Source: Oscillospiraceae bacterium (GTDB lineage Bacteria; Bacteroidota; Bacteroidia; Bacteroidales; WCHB1-69). From it: a stretch of DNA of 64,000 bases. Of the stretch, positions 44,565 to 53,062 are shown in pieces; the stretch's first letter is position 1; every line of letters begins with the position of its first letter. Made by a program: the position numbers and the translations under genes. Location of the stretch: contig CAVEXN010000001.1 in NCBI GenBank assembly GCA_963620035.1, positions 54,792-118,791 of the forward strand, written 5' to 3'. The notes beneath the pieces were generated by a model. It had not been told where the DNA came from. It saw nothing but the letters and a program-made list of their open reading frames with translations, and searched no databases.

Positions 44565-45971
44565 ATGAGACTAGATTTTTTAGGCGCGACCGGAGAGGTT
44601 ACCGGCAGCAAGTTTTTGCTTACAACTAAAAAAGGTTCTAAAATATTGTTGGACTGCGGAATGTATCAAGGCAAAGGTCTTGAGACAGACCAGATGAACA
44701 GAGACTTGGGCTTTGATCCGACCGATATAGACATCCTGCTGTTGTCGCATGCTCACATCGACCATTCCGGGCTGATTCCTTACATTCACAAGTTGGGTTT
44801 CCGTGGCAAAGTGTTCTGCACGCCGGCAACCCGTGACCTTTGCGCCATTATGCTGGCAGATTCAGGACGGATTCAGGAGGCCGATGCCAAACAGTTCAAC
44901 AAGAAAACATCCCGGATCGGAAAGGAGCCCATTGAACCGATTTACACTGAAAAAGATGCCGCCGAATGTATGAGCCAGTTTGTCAGCATTCCGCGAAACC
45001 TGAAATTCGACATTATGCCCGACTTGTCCATCGAATTTTTCGAAACCGGGCATATGTTGGGCAGCAGCGCCGTTTTTATCACGTTTAAAGAAGGTCGAAA
45101 GCAACGTACGCTCTGCTATACGGGCGACATAGGACGTTACAATAAGCAAATACTGCCCGATCCCGAAGCGTTTCCCCCGGCCGACTACATCATCACGGAA
45201 TCGACTTACGGGGACAGGCTGCACTCAACGCTGGACGAGGCTGATATGGAATTGGCCATGGTGGTGAAAGATGCGTGTGCAAAACGGAAAGGCAAACTGC
45301 TTATTCCCTCTTTTGCCATAGGAAGGACCCAGGAAATCGTCTATTCGCTGCACCGATTGAAAAAGAGCGGAAATCTGCCGGATATCGAGTGCTTTGTGGA
45401 CAGTCCGTTGGCTTGTTCCGCCACCAATATTTACCGGCTGCATGACGAGAACTTCAACTCCGACATCCGCAAGTTCATAGAGCAGAACAGAGACCCGTTC
45501 GGTTTCGACGACCTGACGTACGTCCGCACAGTTGAAGATTCAAAACGGCTGAACACCTCAAACCGCCCATGCATCATCATATCCGCATCGGGCATGATGG
45601 AGGCCGGCCGTATCAAACATCATCTGGCCAACAACATCGAGAACCCGAGGACAACGATTTTGTGCGTAGGCTACTGCTCTCCCAATACCTTGGGGGCGAA
45701 AATCATGCGCGGCGACAAGAAAGTATCTATCTTCGGACAATTATATGATGTCAATGCTCATCTTGCCCGCATTGATGCTTATTCGGGACATGCCGACTAC
45801 AAAGAACTCATAACCTATCTTTCTTGTCAGAATGACAACAAGAAACTGAAAGCAGTCTTTGTCGTACATGGAGAAGACGAGGCGCGCAAAACTTATGTCC
45901 AGCATCTTGGCAAGGCCGGTTTCAGGCATACATACGTGCCGGTTTTCCGCGAAACTGTCGAATTGGTCTGA
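44565..45971 (+). CDS. MBL-fold beta-CASP family ribonuclease/hydrolase
   Basis: It has the HAHIDHSG metallo-beta-lactamase motif, beta-CASP-like middle region and C-terminal GHAD. Confidence 0.75.
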   Translation: MRLDFLGATGEVTGSKFLLTTKKGSKILLDCGMYQGKGLETDQMNRDLGFDPTDIDILLLSHAHIDHSGLIPYIHKLGFRGKVFCTPATRDLCAIMLADSGRIQEADAKQFNKKTSRIGKEPIEPIYTEKDAAECMSQFVSIPRNLKFDIMPDLSIEFFETGHMLGSSAVFITFKEGRKQRTLCYTGDIGRYNKQILPDPEAFPPADYIITESTYGDRLHSTLDEADMELAMVVKDACAKRKGKLLIPSFAIGRTQEIVYSLHRLKKSGNLPDIECFVDSPLACSATNIYRLHDENFNSDIRKFIEQNRDPFGFDDLTYVRTVEDSKRLNTSNRPCIIISASGMMEAGRIKHHLANNIENPRTTILCVGYCSPNTLGAKIMRGDKKVSIFGQLYDVNAHLARIDAYSGHADYKELITYLSCQNDNKKLKAVFVVHGEDEARKTYVQHLGKAGFRHTYVPVFRETVELV

Positions 45972-45990
45972 AACAGATATATATCATCCG

Positions 45991-46869
45991 ATGAACAAAC
46001 TCAATATATTGGTGACGGGAGCGAATGGTCAACTCGGAAAATGCATCCGGGACTTTTCGCAAAGACTGTCGGAAGACGAAAGCCGTTTTTTCTTCACAGA
46101 CATCGATACGCTTGACATCTGCGATGCCGGACAGGTAGAGCGGCTGGTTGTCCGCAGTGAAATTGATGTCATCGTCAACGCCGCTGCCTATACGGCCGTT
46201 GACAAGGCCGAAGACAACATTGCGGAAGCTTACCGCATCAACCGCGATGCCGTGGACAATCTGGCAAAGTGCGCAAAACGTCATGGGGTGTATCTGGTAC
46301 ACATATCTACCGACTATGTATTTGCCGGCGATGAGTGCCGACCACATCGGGAGGAAGACCCTATGGTCCCTCGTTCCATTTATGGGAAATCAAAAGCGGC
46401 CGGCGAACAGGCCATTCGGGACATCGGGTGCAATGCAACGGTGATCCGAACTTCGTGGCTCTATTCCGAGTATGGTCATAATTTCGTAAAGACAATGCTC
46501 AAATTAGGGGAGGAGCGCGACCGGGTCTCTGTTGTATATGACCAGATGGGCGGTCCGACTTATGCGGGTGACCTGGCCGCTGCTATATGGGGAGTGATTG
46601 AAAAGAACAGCGAGAAAAACGGGATGCAAATTTACCATTTTGCAAACAAAGGCTGCATCAGCTGGTTCGACTTTGCACAGGCCATTATGGACATTGGCGG
46701 ACGCAAATGTCGCATAGAGGCCATATTGTCGGACAATTATCCGGCAAAAGCGCCAAGACCGGCCTGTTCGGTGTTCGATTTGAGCAAGATTGAATGTGAA
46801 ATAGGCATAGATATACCATATTGGAGAGATAGTTTAAAGTTGACAATCAATAAATTAGAAAAAATATGA
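45991..46869 (+). CDS. rfbD: dTDP-4-dehydrorhamnose reductase
   Basis: NILVTGANGQLG, STDYVF and YGKSK (YxxxK) are present. The start was moved to MNKLNIL. Confidence 0.85.
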   Translation: MNKLNILVTGANGQLGKCIRDFSQRLSEDESRFFFTDIDTLDICDAGQVERLVVRSEIDVIVNAAAYTAVDKAEDNIAEAYRINRDAVDNLAKCAKRHGVYLVHISTDYVFAGDECRPHREEDPMVPRSIYGKSKAAGEQAIRDIGCNATVIRTSWLYSEYGHNFVKTMLKLGEERDRVSVVYDQMGGPTYAGDLAAAIWGVIEKNSEKNGMQIYHFANKGCISWFDFAQAIMDIGGRKCRIEAILSDNYPAKAPRPACSVFDLSKIECEIGIDIPYWRDSLKLTINKLEKI

Positions 46870-46910
46870 TTATTTTTTCCTTGCAGATGTCGAAGCTTTT
46901 AAAAAAAATG

Positions 46911-46918
46911 TATTTTTG
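46911..46918 (+). promoter_or_regulatory. -7 promoter box (TATTTTTG) for tRNA-Thr/tuf
   Basis: An exact motif lies 56 nt upstream of tRNA-Thr. Confidence 0.45.
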
Positions 46919-46973
46919 CCAACCTTTTGAAAATGTACGTGTGAAACGTTCTTTTTTTAAAGTTTGAAGATTA

Positions 46974-47045
46974 GCCGTTGTAGCTCAGTGGTAGAGTACC
47001 TCCTTGGTAAGGAGGGGGTCACGAGTTCAACTCTCGTCAACGGCT
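46974..47045 (+). tRNA. tRNA-Thr (anticodon GGU)
   Basis: The acceptor is GCCGTTG/CAACGGC, the anticodon arm CCTCC-TTGGTAA-GGAGG and the T-arm ACGAG-TTCAACT-CTCGT. Confidence 0.9.
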
Positions 47046-47103
47046 CTCTTTTTTTTTGACAACTGACAACTATTAAAAATATTAATCATTAATTTATAAG
47101 AAA

Positions 47104-48291
47104 ATGGCAAAAGAAAAATTTGAACGTACCAAACCCCACGTAAATGTGGGAACCATCGGTCACATTGACCATGGCAAGACTACTTTGACGGCTGCTATCA
47201 CGACTGTTTTGGCAGACAAAGGTCTTTCCGAGGTCAGATCCTTCGATTCTATTGATAACGCACCCGAAGAGAAAGAGCGTGGTATTACTATCAACACGGC
47301 TCATATCGAATATGAAACAGCAAATCGCCACTATGCACACGTTGACTGTCCGGGTCACGCCGACTATGTGAAGAATATGGTAACGGGTGCCGCCCAGATG
47401 GACGGCGCTATTCTGGTCGTTGCTGCTACAGACGGTCCGATGCCCCAGACACGTGAGCACATCCTGTTGGCAAAACAGGTCGGCGTTCCCAGAATGGTTG
47501 TTTTCATGAACAAGGTTGACCTTGTTGACGACCCTGAACTTCTTGACCTTGTTGAAATGGAAATCCGCGACCTGCTGACATTCTACGGTTTCGACGGAGA
47601 CAACACCCCGGTTATCCGCGGTTCTGCTCTCGGCGGTTTGAACCTTGAACCGAAATGGGTTGAAAAAATCGTTGAACTGATGGATGCAGTTGACACTTGG
47701 ATTCCGCTGCCTCCTCGCGATGTCGATAAAGACTTCCTGATGCCGGTAGAAGATGTCTTCTCTATCACGGGCCGTGGTACTGTGGCTACAGGTAGAATCG
47801 AGACAGGTGTCATCCATACTTCTGACCCTGTTGACATTATCGGTATGGGAGCCGAAAAACTGAAATCAGTCGTTACAGGTGTCGAGATGTTCCGCAAGAT
47901 TCTCGATGAAGGCGAAGCCGGTGACAACGTAGGTTTGCTGCTCCGCGGTATTGACAAGGACGAAATTCGTCGTGGTATGGTCATCGCTAAACCGGGCTCT
48001 ATCCATCCGCACAAGCATTTCAAGGCATCTGTGTATGTTTTGAAGAAAGAAGAAGGTGGTCGTCATACCCCATTTGGCAACAACTATCGTCCCCAGTTCT
48101 ACTTCCGTACAACGGACGTGACAGGTGCAATCACACTGCCTGCTGGCGTTGAGATGTGTATGCCTGGCGATAACGTTGAAATTACGGTCGAGTTGCTTTC
48201 TGAAATCGCTTTGAACCAGAACCTCCGTTTCGCTATCCGCGAGGGTGGCCGTACGGTCGGTGCCGGTCAGGTTACTGAAATCCTTGACTAA
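47104..48291 (+). CDS. tuf: elongation factor Tu
   Basis: [14 protein letters not shown] and NKVD are present, with full-length EF-Tu similarity. Confidence 0.98.
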   Translation: MAKEKFERTKPHVNVGTIGHIDHGKTTLTAAITTVLADKGLSEVRSFDSIDNAPEEKERGITINTAHIEYETANRHYAHVDCPGHADYVKNMVTGAAQMDGAILVVAATDGPMPQTREHILLAKQVGVPRMVVFMNKVDLVDDPELLDLVEMEIRDLLTFYGFDGDNTPVIRGSALGGLNLEPKWVEKIVELMDAVDTWIPLPPRDVDKDFLMPVEDVFSITGRGTVATGRIETGVIHTSDPVDIIGMGAEKLKSVVTGVEMFRKILDEGEAGDNVGLLLRGIDKDEIRRGMVIAKPGSIHPHKHFKASVYVLKKEEGGRHTPFGNNYRPQFYFRTTDVTGAITLPAGVEMCMPGDNVEITVELLSEIALNQNLRFAIREGGRTVGAGQVTEILD

Positions 48292-48310
48292 CCGTCATTG
48301 AATATAAAAA

Positions 48311-48335
48311 AGGGGCAAGACACTTGCCCCTTTTT
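48311..48335 (+). terminator. intrinsic terminator after tuf
   Basis: A 9-bp stem (AGGGGCAAG/CTTGCCCCT) with a 3-nt loop is followed by TTTTT. Confidence 0.7.
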
Positions 48336-48339
48336 ACCA

Positions 48340-48413
48340 AGGGGATTAGTTTAATGGTAGAATGACGGTCTCCAAAACCGCAGATGGGAGTTCGATTCTC
48401 TCATCCCCTGCCA
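48340..48413 (+). tRNA. tRNA-Trp (anticodon CCA), with 3' CCA encoded
   Basis: The acceptor is AGGGGAT/ATCCCCT, the anticodon loop CTCCAAA and the T-arm GGGAG-TTCGATT-CTCTC. It occupies the canonical position after tuf. Confidence 0.85.
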
Positions 48414-48457
48414 ATAATCATTGTGTTTTTTCATAATTGATGTGATAAGGTTTAAAT

Positions 48458-48489
48458 AAAGAAGACATATCCTAAAATATGTCTTCTTT
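48458..48489 (+). terminator. perfect 13-bp hairpin (terminator-like) downstream of tRNA-Trp
   Basis: The stem is AAAGAAGACATAT / ATATGTCTTCTTT with the loop CCTAAA, set in an AT-rich spacer. Confidence 0.55.
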
Positions 48490-48546
48490 GACTTTTATTA
48501 TATAGGTTATCCTCAACTTGTCTGACAATCAGGTACATCTATCGTT

Positions 48547-48554
48547 TACTTTTG
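48547..48554 (+). promoter_or_regulatory. -7 promoter box (TACTTTTG) for the FtsZ-like gene
   Basis: An exact TAnnTTTG match lies 50 nt upstream of the ATG at 48604. Confidence 0.45.
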
Positions 48555-48603
48555 CGTCCTGATACATCTTGTGCAGATTGTCAAACCTATATAATTACTG
48601 AAC

Positions 48604-49149
48604 ATGAGGATTACAAGTATTGATTCAAAACTTCAACAGAAAAACCAGAAGGTTGTCGTCATTGGTGTTGGTTCCGGAGGCTCTGCTATTGCTCTAATGG
48701 CATCCGATAAAGACACATCTGCGGATTTTGAGTTCCACTACTGCGACGAGCCAAATGGCTGCAAGAATGATCCGGATACGGGGCGCAGTTTGGCTTTGAA
48801 AAAGCTCCCCGCCTTGGACAAAATCATAAACGACGGAGTACGAATGGTTGTCTTACTTTCGACTTTAGGCGGAGGCACCGGGTCGGGAGCAACTCCCGTA
48901 ATAGCAAAACACCTCGTTGCGAATGGTATTGCAGTGCATTGTGTCGTCACTACTCCATTTGAATTTGAGGGTGACGTTCGGTACGCCAACGCCGATGCCG
49001 CCGCCGTTGAACTCCTGAATGCAGCTGTCAGCACAAAGGTTGTCAATCTCGCCAATTATGCTAAGGTATGCAACCCTGATGAAGATTTCAGGACATTTAT
49101 GGACAAAATCGACAAGATTCTTATCAAGGAGATAGCATCTTTGGTCTGA
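48604..49149 (+). CDS. FtsZ/tubulin-like protein with only the GTPase domain (no T7 loop, no C-terminal domain)
   Basis: The 181-aa product has VVVIGVGSGGSAI (G-box, residues 17-29), GGGTGSG (tubulin signature, residues 89-95) and VVTTPFEFEG (residues 114-123), in FtsZ order and spacing. It ends at the region that aligns to helix H7. Confidence 0.6.
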   Translation: MRITSIDSKLQQKNQKVVVIGVGSGGSAIALMASDKDTSADFEFHYCDEPNGCKNDPDTGRSLALKKLPALDKIINDGVRMVVLLSTLGGGTGSGATPVIAKHLVANGIAVHCVVTTPFEFEGDVRYANADAAAVELLNAAVSTKVVNLANYAKVCNPDEDFRTFMDKIDKILIKEIASLV

Positions 49150-49181
49150 CAATGATACCATAGACTGCCAAAAGGCGTATT

Positions 49182-49709
49182 TTACCTTTTCATGATAGTC
49201 CACAAAAGATAACCGATAACGATAAGGATGCAGATATGTGAGACGATAGGCGTAAAAGCCGAAAAAATCAAGGCCAAACAAAGTATTGCCAACACTTTGT
49301 AAGCTAATTGTTTCTTTTCGGTCATGCTTTCCCAAGCATATTTCACCTTTGTCTTGAAGTTCGCCCAAGTGTTCCTGAATCCGTTGCGTTTTGCTCCTGC
49401 GTATCCCGTATAATCGTCATAGTCTTTTTGGGTCTTCGTCTCTTTTGCACGCTTGATGCGCACGCTAACGGACTTGTAATAGGTCTTTCCGCCGTTTGTG
49501 GCGCTGATCACCAGTTGTGTTTTGCCGCTTGACCGGTTGAGACGGAATCTTTTCGATCCGCTCGGTTCTACGGTCTGCGTTATCGTTTTATATCCGTTGT
49601 CTATCGTAAACTGCACCAATTCGGCATCCGTACACGACCAGATGACCTCAACTACTTCGCCTTCGGTTATGCGCTGTTTGTCTGCTTTGAGTTCGATTTT
49701 CGGCTTCAT
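49182..49709 (-). CDS. hypothetical protein: signal-less beta-rich (Ig-like?) N-terminal domain plus a C-terminal two-helix membrane hairpin
   Basis: The 175-aa product has no signal peptide. Its N-terminal ~90 aa alternate in a beta-strand pattern (EVVEVIWSC..VQFTIDNG..TQLVISATNGGKTYYKSVSVRI). The C-terminus is LAYKVLAILCLALIFSAFTPIVSHICILIVIGYLLWTIM. Confidence 0.5.
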   Translation of the reverse strand: MKPKIELKADKQRITEGEVVEVIWSCTDAELVQFTIDNGYKTITQTVEPSGSKRFRLNRSSGKTQLVISATNGGKTYYKSVSVRIKRAKETKTQKDYDDYTGYAGAKRNGFRNTWANFKTKVKYAWESMTEKKQLAYKVLAILCLALIFSAFTPIVSHICILIVIGYLLWTIMKR

Positions 49710-49806
49710 AGAAAAATTTTAGCAGACATTTGTCTGCAAACAACGTGCCAACATTTGTTGTGTCATCGGATTGTGGATTTGGACAACGGTCTGCGGTTCG
49801 CCTTTG

Positions 49807-52416
49807 TCATTTCAGTTTGTTTTTTCCTGTAAGGAGCTGTTGGATTTCATACAGTTTATTCAAGGCATCTACAGGAGTTAGGGTATTGATTTCCAGACCG
49901 ACAATCAGGTCTTTCACCTCCAGCAGCAAAGGGTCGTCGAGGTTGATGAAACTGAGTTGATAACCGGCTGCGTGCTTTTCGATGCTTTTGCGATCTTCTT
50001 GGCCGCTTCGCGATTGTTCCAGTTGTTTCAGTATCTCATTGGCGCGGGCAAGTACCTTTTCAGGCATGCCGGCCATTCGTGCCACGTGTATGCCGAAACT
50101 GTGTTCACTGCCGCCGGGCTCGAGTTTGCGCATAAAGAATATCTTGTTGTCAACCTCTTTGACGGACACATGGAAATTCTTTATCCGGCTGAACTGTTCA
50201 GCCATATCGTTAAGTTCATGATAATGGGTTGCAAACAATACTTTAGCATGATAATAAGGGTTCTCGTGCAGGTATTCTGCAATCGACCAGGCAATCGAAA
50301 CGCCGTCATACGTGCTGGTGCCGCGTCCGATTTCATCGAGCAGAATCAGGCTTCGTGCCGAGATATTGTTCAAGATGCTTGCGGTTTCGTTCATTTCGAC
50401 CATAAAGGTTGACTCTCCGGTAGAAATGTTGTCGGATGCCCCCACGCGGGTAAAGATTTTGTCGACAATCCCGATTTCTGCGGAATGTGCAGACACAAAG
50501 CAGCCCATTTGTGCCATCAGTACAATCAGGGCGGTCTGGCGTAGTAAAGCTGACTTCCCGGACATATTGGGACCTGTTATGATGATGATCTGTTGCTTGT
50601 CATTGTCGAGATGAACATCGTTTGCAACATATTGCTCTCCTGGCGGCAGTTGCTTTTCAATGACAGGATGCCGGCCGCTGCGGATTTTCAGTGCAGTGCC
50701 CTCATTGACGTTTGGTTTCACATAATTGTTCTCTTTAGAAACATCTGCAAAGCACAGCAGAACGTCAAGGCGGGCGATGAGCCGTGCGTTAATCTGTATC
50801 AGCGAGATGTAGTCTGACAGATTCACAACTAAATCGTTGTATAATTTCGCCTCGATTTCGAGCATTCTGTCTTGTGCTCCGAGTATCTTTGCTTCAATCC
50901 CCTTGAGTTCCTCCGTAATGTAGCGTTCGCCGTTTGCGAGTGTCTGTTTACGAGTCCAGTCGGCCGGCACCTTGTTTCGGTGCAGATTTGTCACCTCAAG
51001 ATAGTATCCGAAAACATTGTTGAAGCCTATTTTCAAGGAAGAGATGCCGGTTTTCTCGGCTTCTCGACGTTGAATCTGAGCCAATACATCTCTGCTGTTT
51101 CCGGCCAGGTCGGCAAGTTCATCCAGTTCGCTGTTGACGTTGCGCTTGAAGATGCCGCCTTTGCTGACAACCACAGGGGGGTCTTCTTGTATTTCGTTTT
51201 CAATGCGTTGGCAGATGAGCAGGCAAGGGTTCAGTTGTTCAGCAATCTTGTTTAATGCAGGGTGTTCGGTGCGTTGGCAAGCGGCTTGCACGCGCTCAAC
51301 GGCACGCAAGGCTCGAGCCAGTTGCAAGGCCTCGCGCGGATTTATTTTGCCGGCGGCTATTTTGGAAACCATACGCTCTAAATCGCCCATCCGTCGCAAG
51401 GTGCTCCGGAGTTCTGCCAATAATTCTTCCGCATGTATGAAATAGTCCACAACGGAAAGCCGTTCGTCAATGAAGACCTTTTCTTTTAGCGGCATAAGAA
51501 TCCATTTCCGAAGCATCCGAGAGCCCATCGGGGTCTGCGTGTGGTCGAGCACCTGCATCAACGTGACGGCATTCTCGTTAGGCGTTTGAACCAGTTCGAG
51601 ATTCCGTATGGTGAATTTGTCGAGCCATACATAGTGTTCTTCCTCGATACGGTTTATTTTGCTGATGTGCTGTATTCTGTGGTTTTGCGTCTCGTAGAGG
51701 TACTGCAATGCGGCGCCGGCGGCTATGATGCCGACCGTGAGGTTTTCTACCCCGAAACCTTTCAATGAGGTGGTCTTGAAATGTTTGGTCAGCAAATCGT
51801 ATGCGAAATCGGGCATGAAAACCCAGTCGTCTAAAGTGGTGAGCAGCATTTTTTCGCCGAAATGCTGCCTGAAAAACCCTGTTTTCCCTTTCTGGATGAC
51901 CAGTTCCGCAGGATTGAAATTCTGGAAGAGTTTGTCAATGTATTCGTAGTCCCCTTCCGACATATAGAACTCGCCCGTAGAGATGTCCACGAATGCGATG
52001 CCGCAAACCTTGTCGGAAAACTGTATGGCAGCGAGAAAGTTGTTCTCGCGCTGTTCCAGCACTTTGTCATTGATAGACACGCCAGGTGTCACCACTTCCG
52101 TGATGCCTCGTTTTACCAGTGTCTTGGTGAGTTTTGAATCTTCCAACTGTTCGCAGATGGCCACCCGGAGTCCAGCCCGTACAAGTTTGGGCAAATAAAC
52201 GTCAAGCGCATGATAGGGGAAGCCGGCAAGTTCCGTCTGTGTCTGGTTTTTGCCGTGCTTTGTCAAGGTTATGCCCAATATTTTTGCGGAAACAACAGCG
52301 TCTTTACCGTATGTCTCATAGAAGTCCCCCACCCGAAACAGCAATATGGCATCGGGATGTTGCGCCTTGAATTTGTGATACTGTTTCATCAAAGGGGTCT
52401 CTGCACTTTTTTCCAT
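49807..52416 (-). CDS. mutS: DNA mismatch repair protein MutS
   Basis: The 869-aa product has TPLMKQY, Walker A GPNMSGKS and DEIGRGTSTYDG. Confidence 0.97.
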   Translation of the reverse strand: MEKSAETPLMKQYHKFKAQHPDAILLFRVGDFYETYGKDAVVSAKILGITLTKHGKNQTQTELAGFPYHALDVYLPKLVRAGLRVAICEQLEDSKLTKTLVKRGITEVVTPGVSINDKVLEQRENNFLAAIQFSDKVCGIAFVDISTGEFYMSEGDYEYIDKLFQNFNPAELVIQKGKTGFFRQHFGEKMLLTTLDDWVFMPDFAYDLLTKHFKTTSLKGFGVENLTVGIIAAGAALQYLYETQNHRIQHISKINRIEEEHYVWLDKFTIRNLELVQTPNENAVTLMQVLDHTQTPMGSRMLRKWILMPLKEKVFIDERLSVVDYFIHAEELLAELRSTLRRMGDLERMVSKIAAGKINPREALQLARALRAVERVQAACQRTEHPALNKIAEQLNPCLLICQRIENEIQEDPPVVVSKGGIFKRNVNSELDELADLAGNSRDVLAQIQRREAEKTGISSLKIGFNNVFGYYLEVTNLHRNKVPADWTRKQTLANGERYITEELKGIEAKILGAQDRMLEIEAKLYNDLVVNLSDYISLIQINARLIARLDVLLCFADVSKENNYVKPNVNEGTALKIRSGRHPVIEKQLPPGEQYVANDVHLDNDKQQIIIITGPNMSGKSALLRQTALIVLMAQMGCFVSAHSAEIGIVDKIFTRVGASDNISTGESTFMVEMNETASILNNISARSLILLDEIGRGTSTYDGVSIAWSIAEYLHENPYYHAKVLFATHYHELNDMAEQFSRIKNFHVSVKEVDNKIFFMRKLEPGGSEHSFGIHVARMAGMPEKVLARANEILKQLEQSRSGQEDRKSIEKHAAGYQLSFINLDDPLLLEVKDLIVGLEINTLTPVDALNKLYEIQQLLTGKNKLK

Positions 52417-52437
52417 GTCAGTTTTTTAAAAAACTGA

Positions 52438-52445
52438 CAAAAATA
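52438..52445 (-). promoter_or_regulatory. -7 promoter box (TATTTTTG on the minus strand) for mutS
   Basis: CAAAAATA on the plus strand lies 22 nt upstream of the mutS ATG. It forms a near-palindrome with the gmk box. Confidence 0.5.
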
Positions 52446-52461
52446 CAAAAAAAGCTTTTTG

Positions 52462-52469
52462 TATTTTTG
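52462..52469 (+). promoter_or_regulatory. -7 promoter box (TATTTTTG) for gmk
   Basis: An exact motif lies 20 nt upstream of the ATG at 52489. Confidence 0.55.
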
Positions 52470-52488
52470 CACCTCTAAACAAGGTTCT

Positions 52489-53055
52489 ATGAAAGGAAAA
52501 GTCATTATTGTCTCTGCTCCGTCGGGTGCCGGAAAGACTTCTATCGTCAGGCATCTGCTGGCAGAAGTACCCCAACTTCAGTTTTCCGTTTCTGCAACAA
52601 CCCGAGCCAGACGTGATTACGAAACCGACGGAAAGGACTACTATTTTATAACGACGGAGCAATTCAAGCAACGGCTCCAATGCGACGAGTTTCTGGAGTG
52701 GCAGGAGGTCTATCGCGACCAGTTCTATGGTTCCCTGAAATGCGAAGTTGAGCGCATCTGGGAAAACGGTCAAACGGTAATTTTTGATGTGGATGTATTA
52801 GGCGGGCTCAACATAAAGAAATTCTATGGCGACAAGGCCCTGTCCATTTTCATCAAACCCCCGACGATAGCGGAACTTGAGCGGAGACTGAACAATCGCG
52901 GGACGGAAACGCCGGAAACGTTGGCAAAACGTTTAGATAAAGCCGAATACGAATTGTCGTTTGCGGATCAATTTGACGTTTCGGTGTTGAACGATGACCT
53001 GACACGCGCACAGAACGAGATGGTTTCTGTCGTAAAACGTTTTCTTGAACAATGA
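52489..53055 (+). CDS. gmk: guanylate kinase
   Basis: It has the P-loop SAPSGAGKTS and TTRARRDYETDGKDYYF. The start was set after the promoter box. Confidence 0.92.
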   Translation: MKGKVIIVSAPSGAGKTSIVRHLLAEVPQLQFSVSATTRARRDYETDGKDYYFITTEQFKQRLQCDEFLEWQEVYRDQFYGSLKCEVERIWENGQTVIFDVDVLGGLNIKKFYGDKALSIFIKPPTIAELERRLNNRGTETPETLAKRLDKAEYELSFADQFDVSVLNDDLTRAQNEMVSVVKRFLEQ

Positions 53056-53062
53056 TACGATA

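Noticed and set aside
48523-48583. An 8-nt inverted repeat (TGACAATC / GATTGTCA) and a 7-nt direct repeat (TACATCT) flank the FtsZ-like gene promoter box. I considered an operator.
   Set aside because: In about 190 bp of AT-rich DNA, one 8-mer inverted match is roughly expected by chance (rough estimate 0.2-0.3 occurrences). This is not enough evidence on its own.
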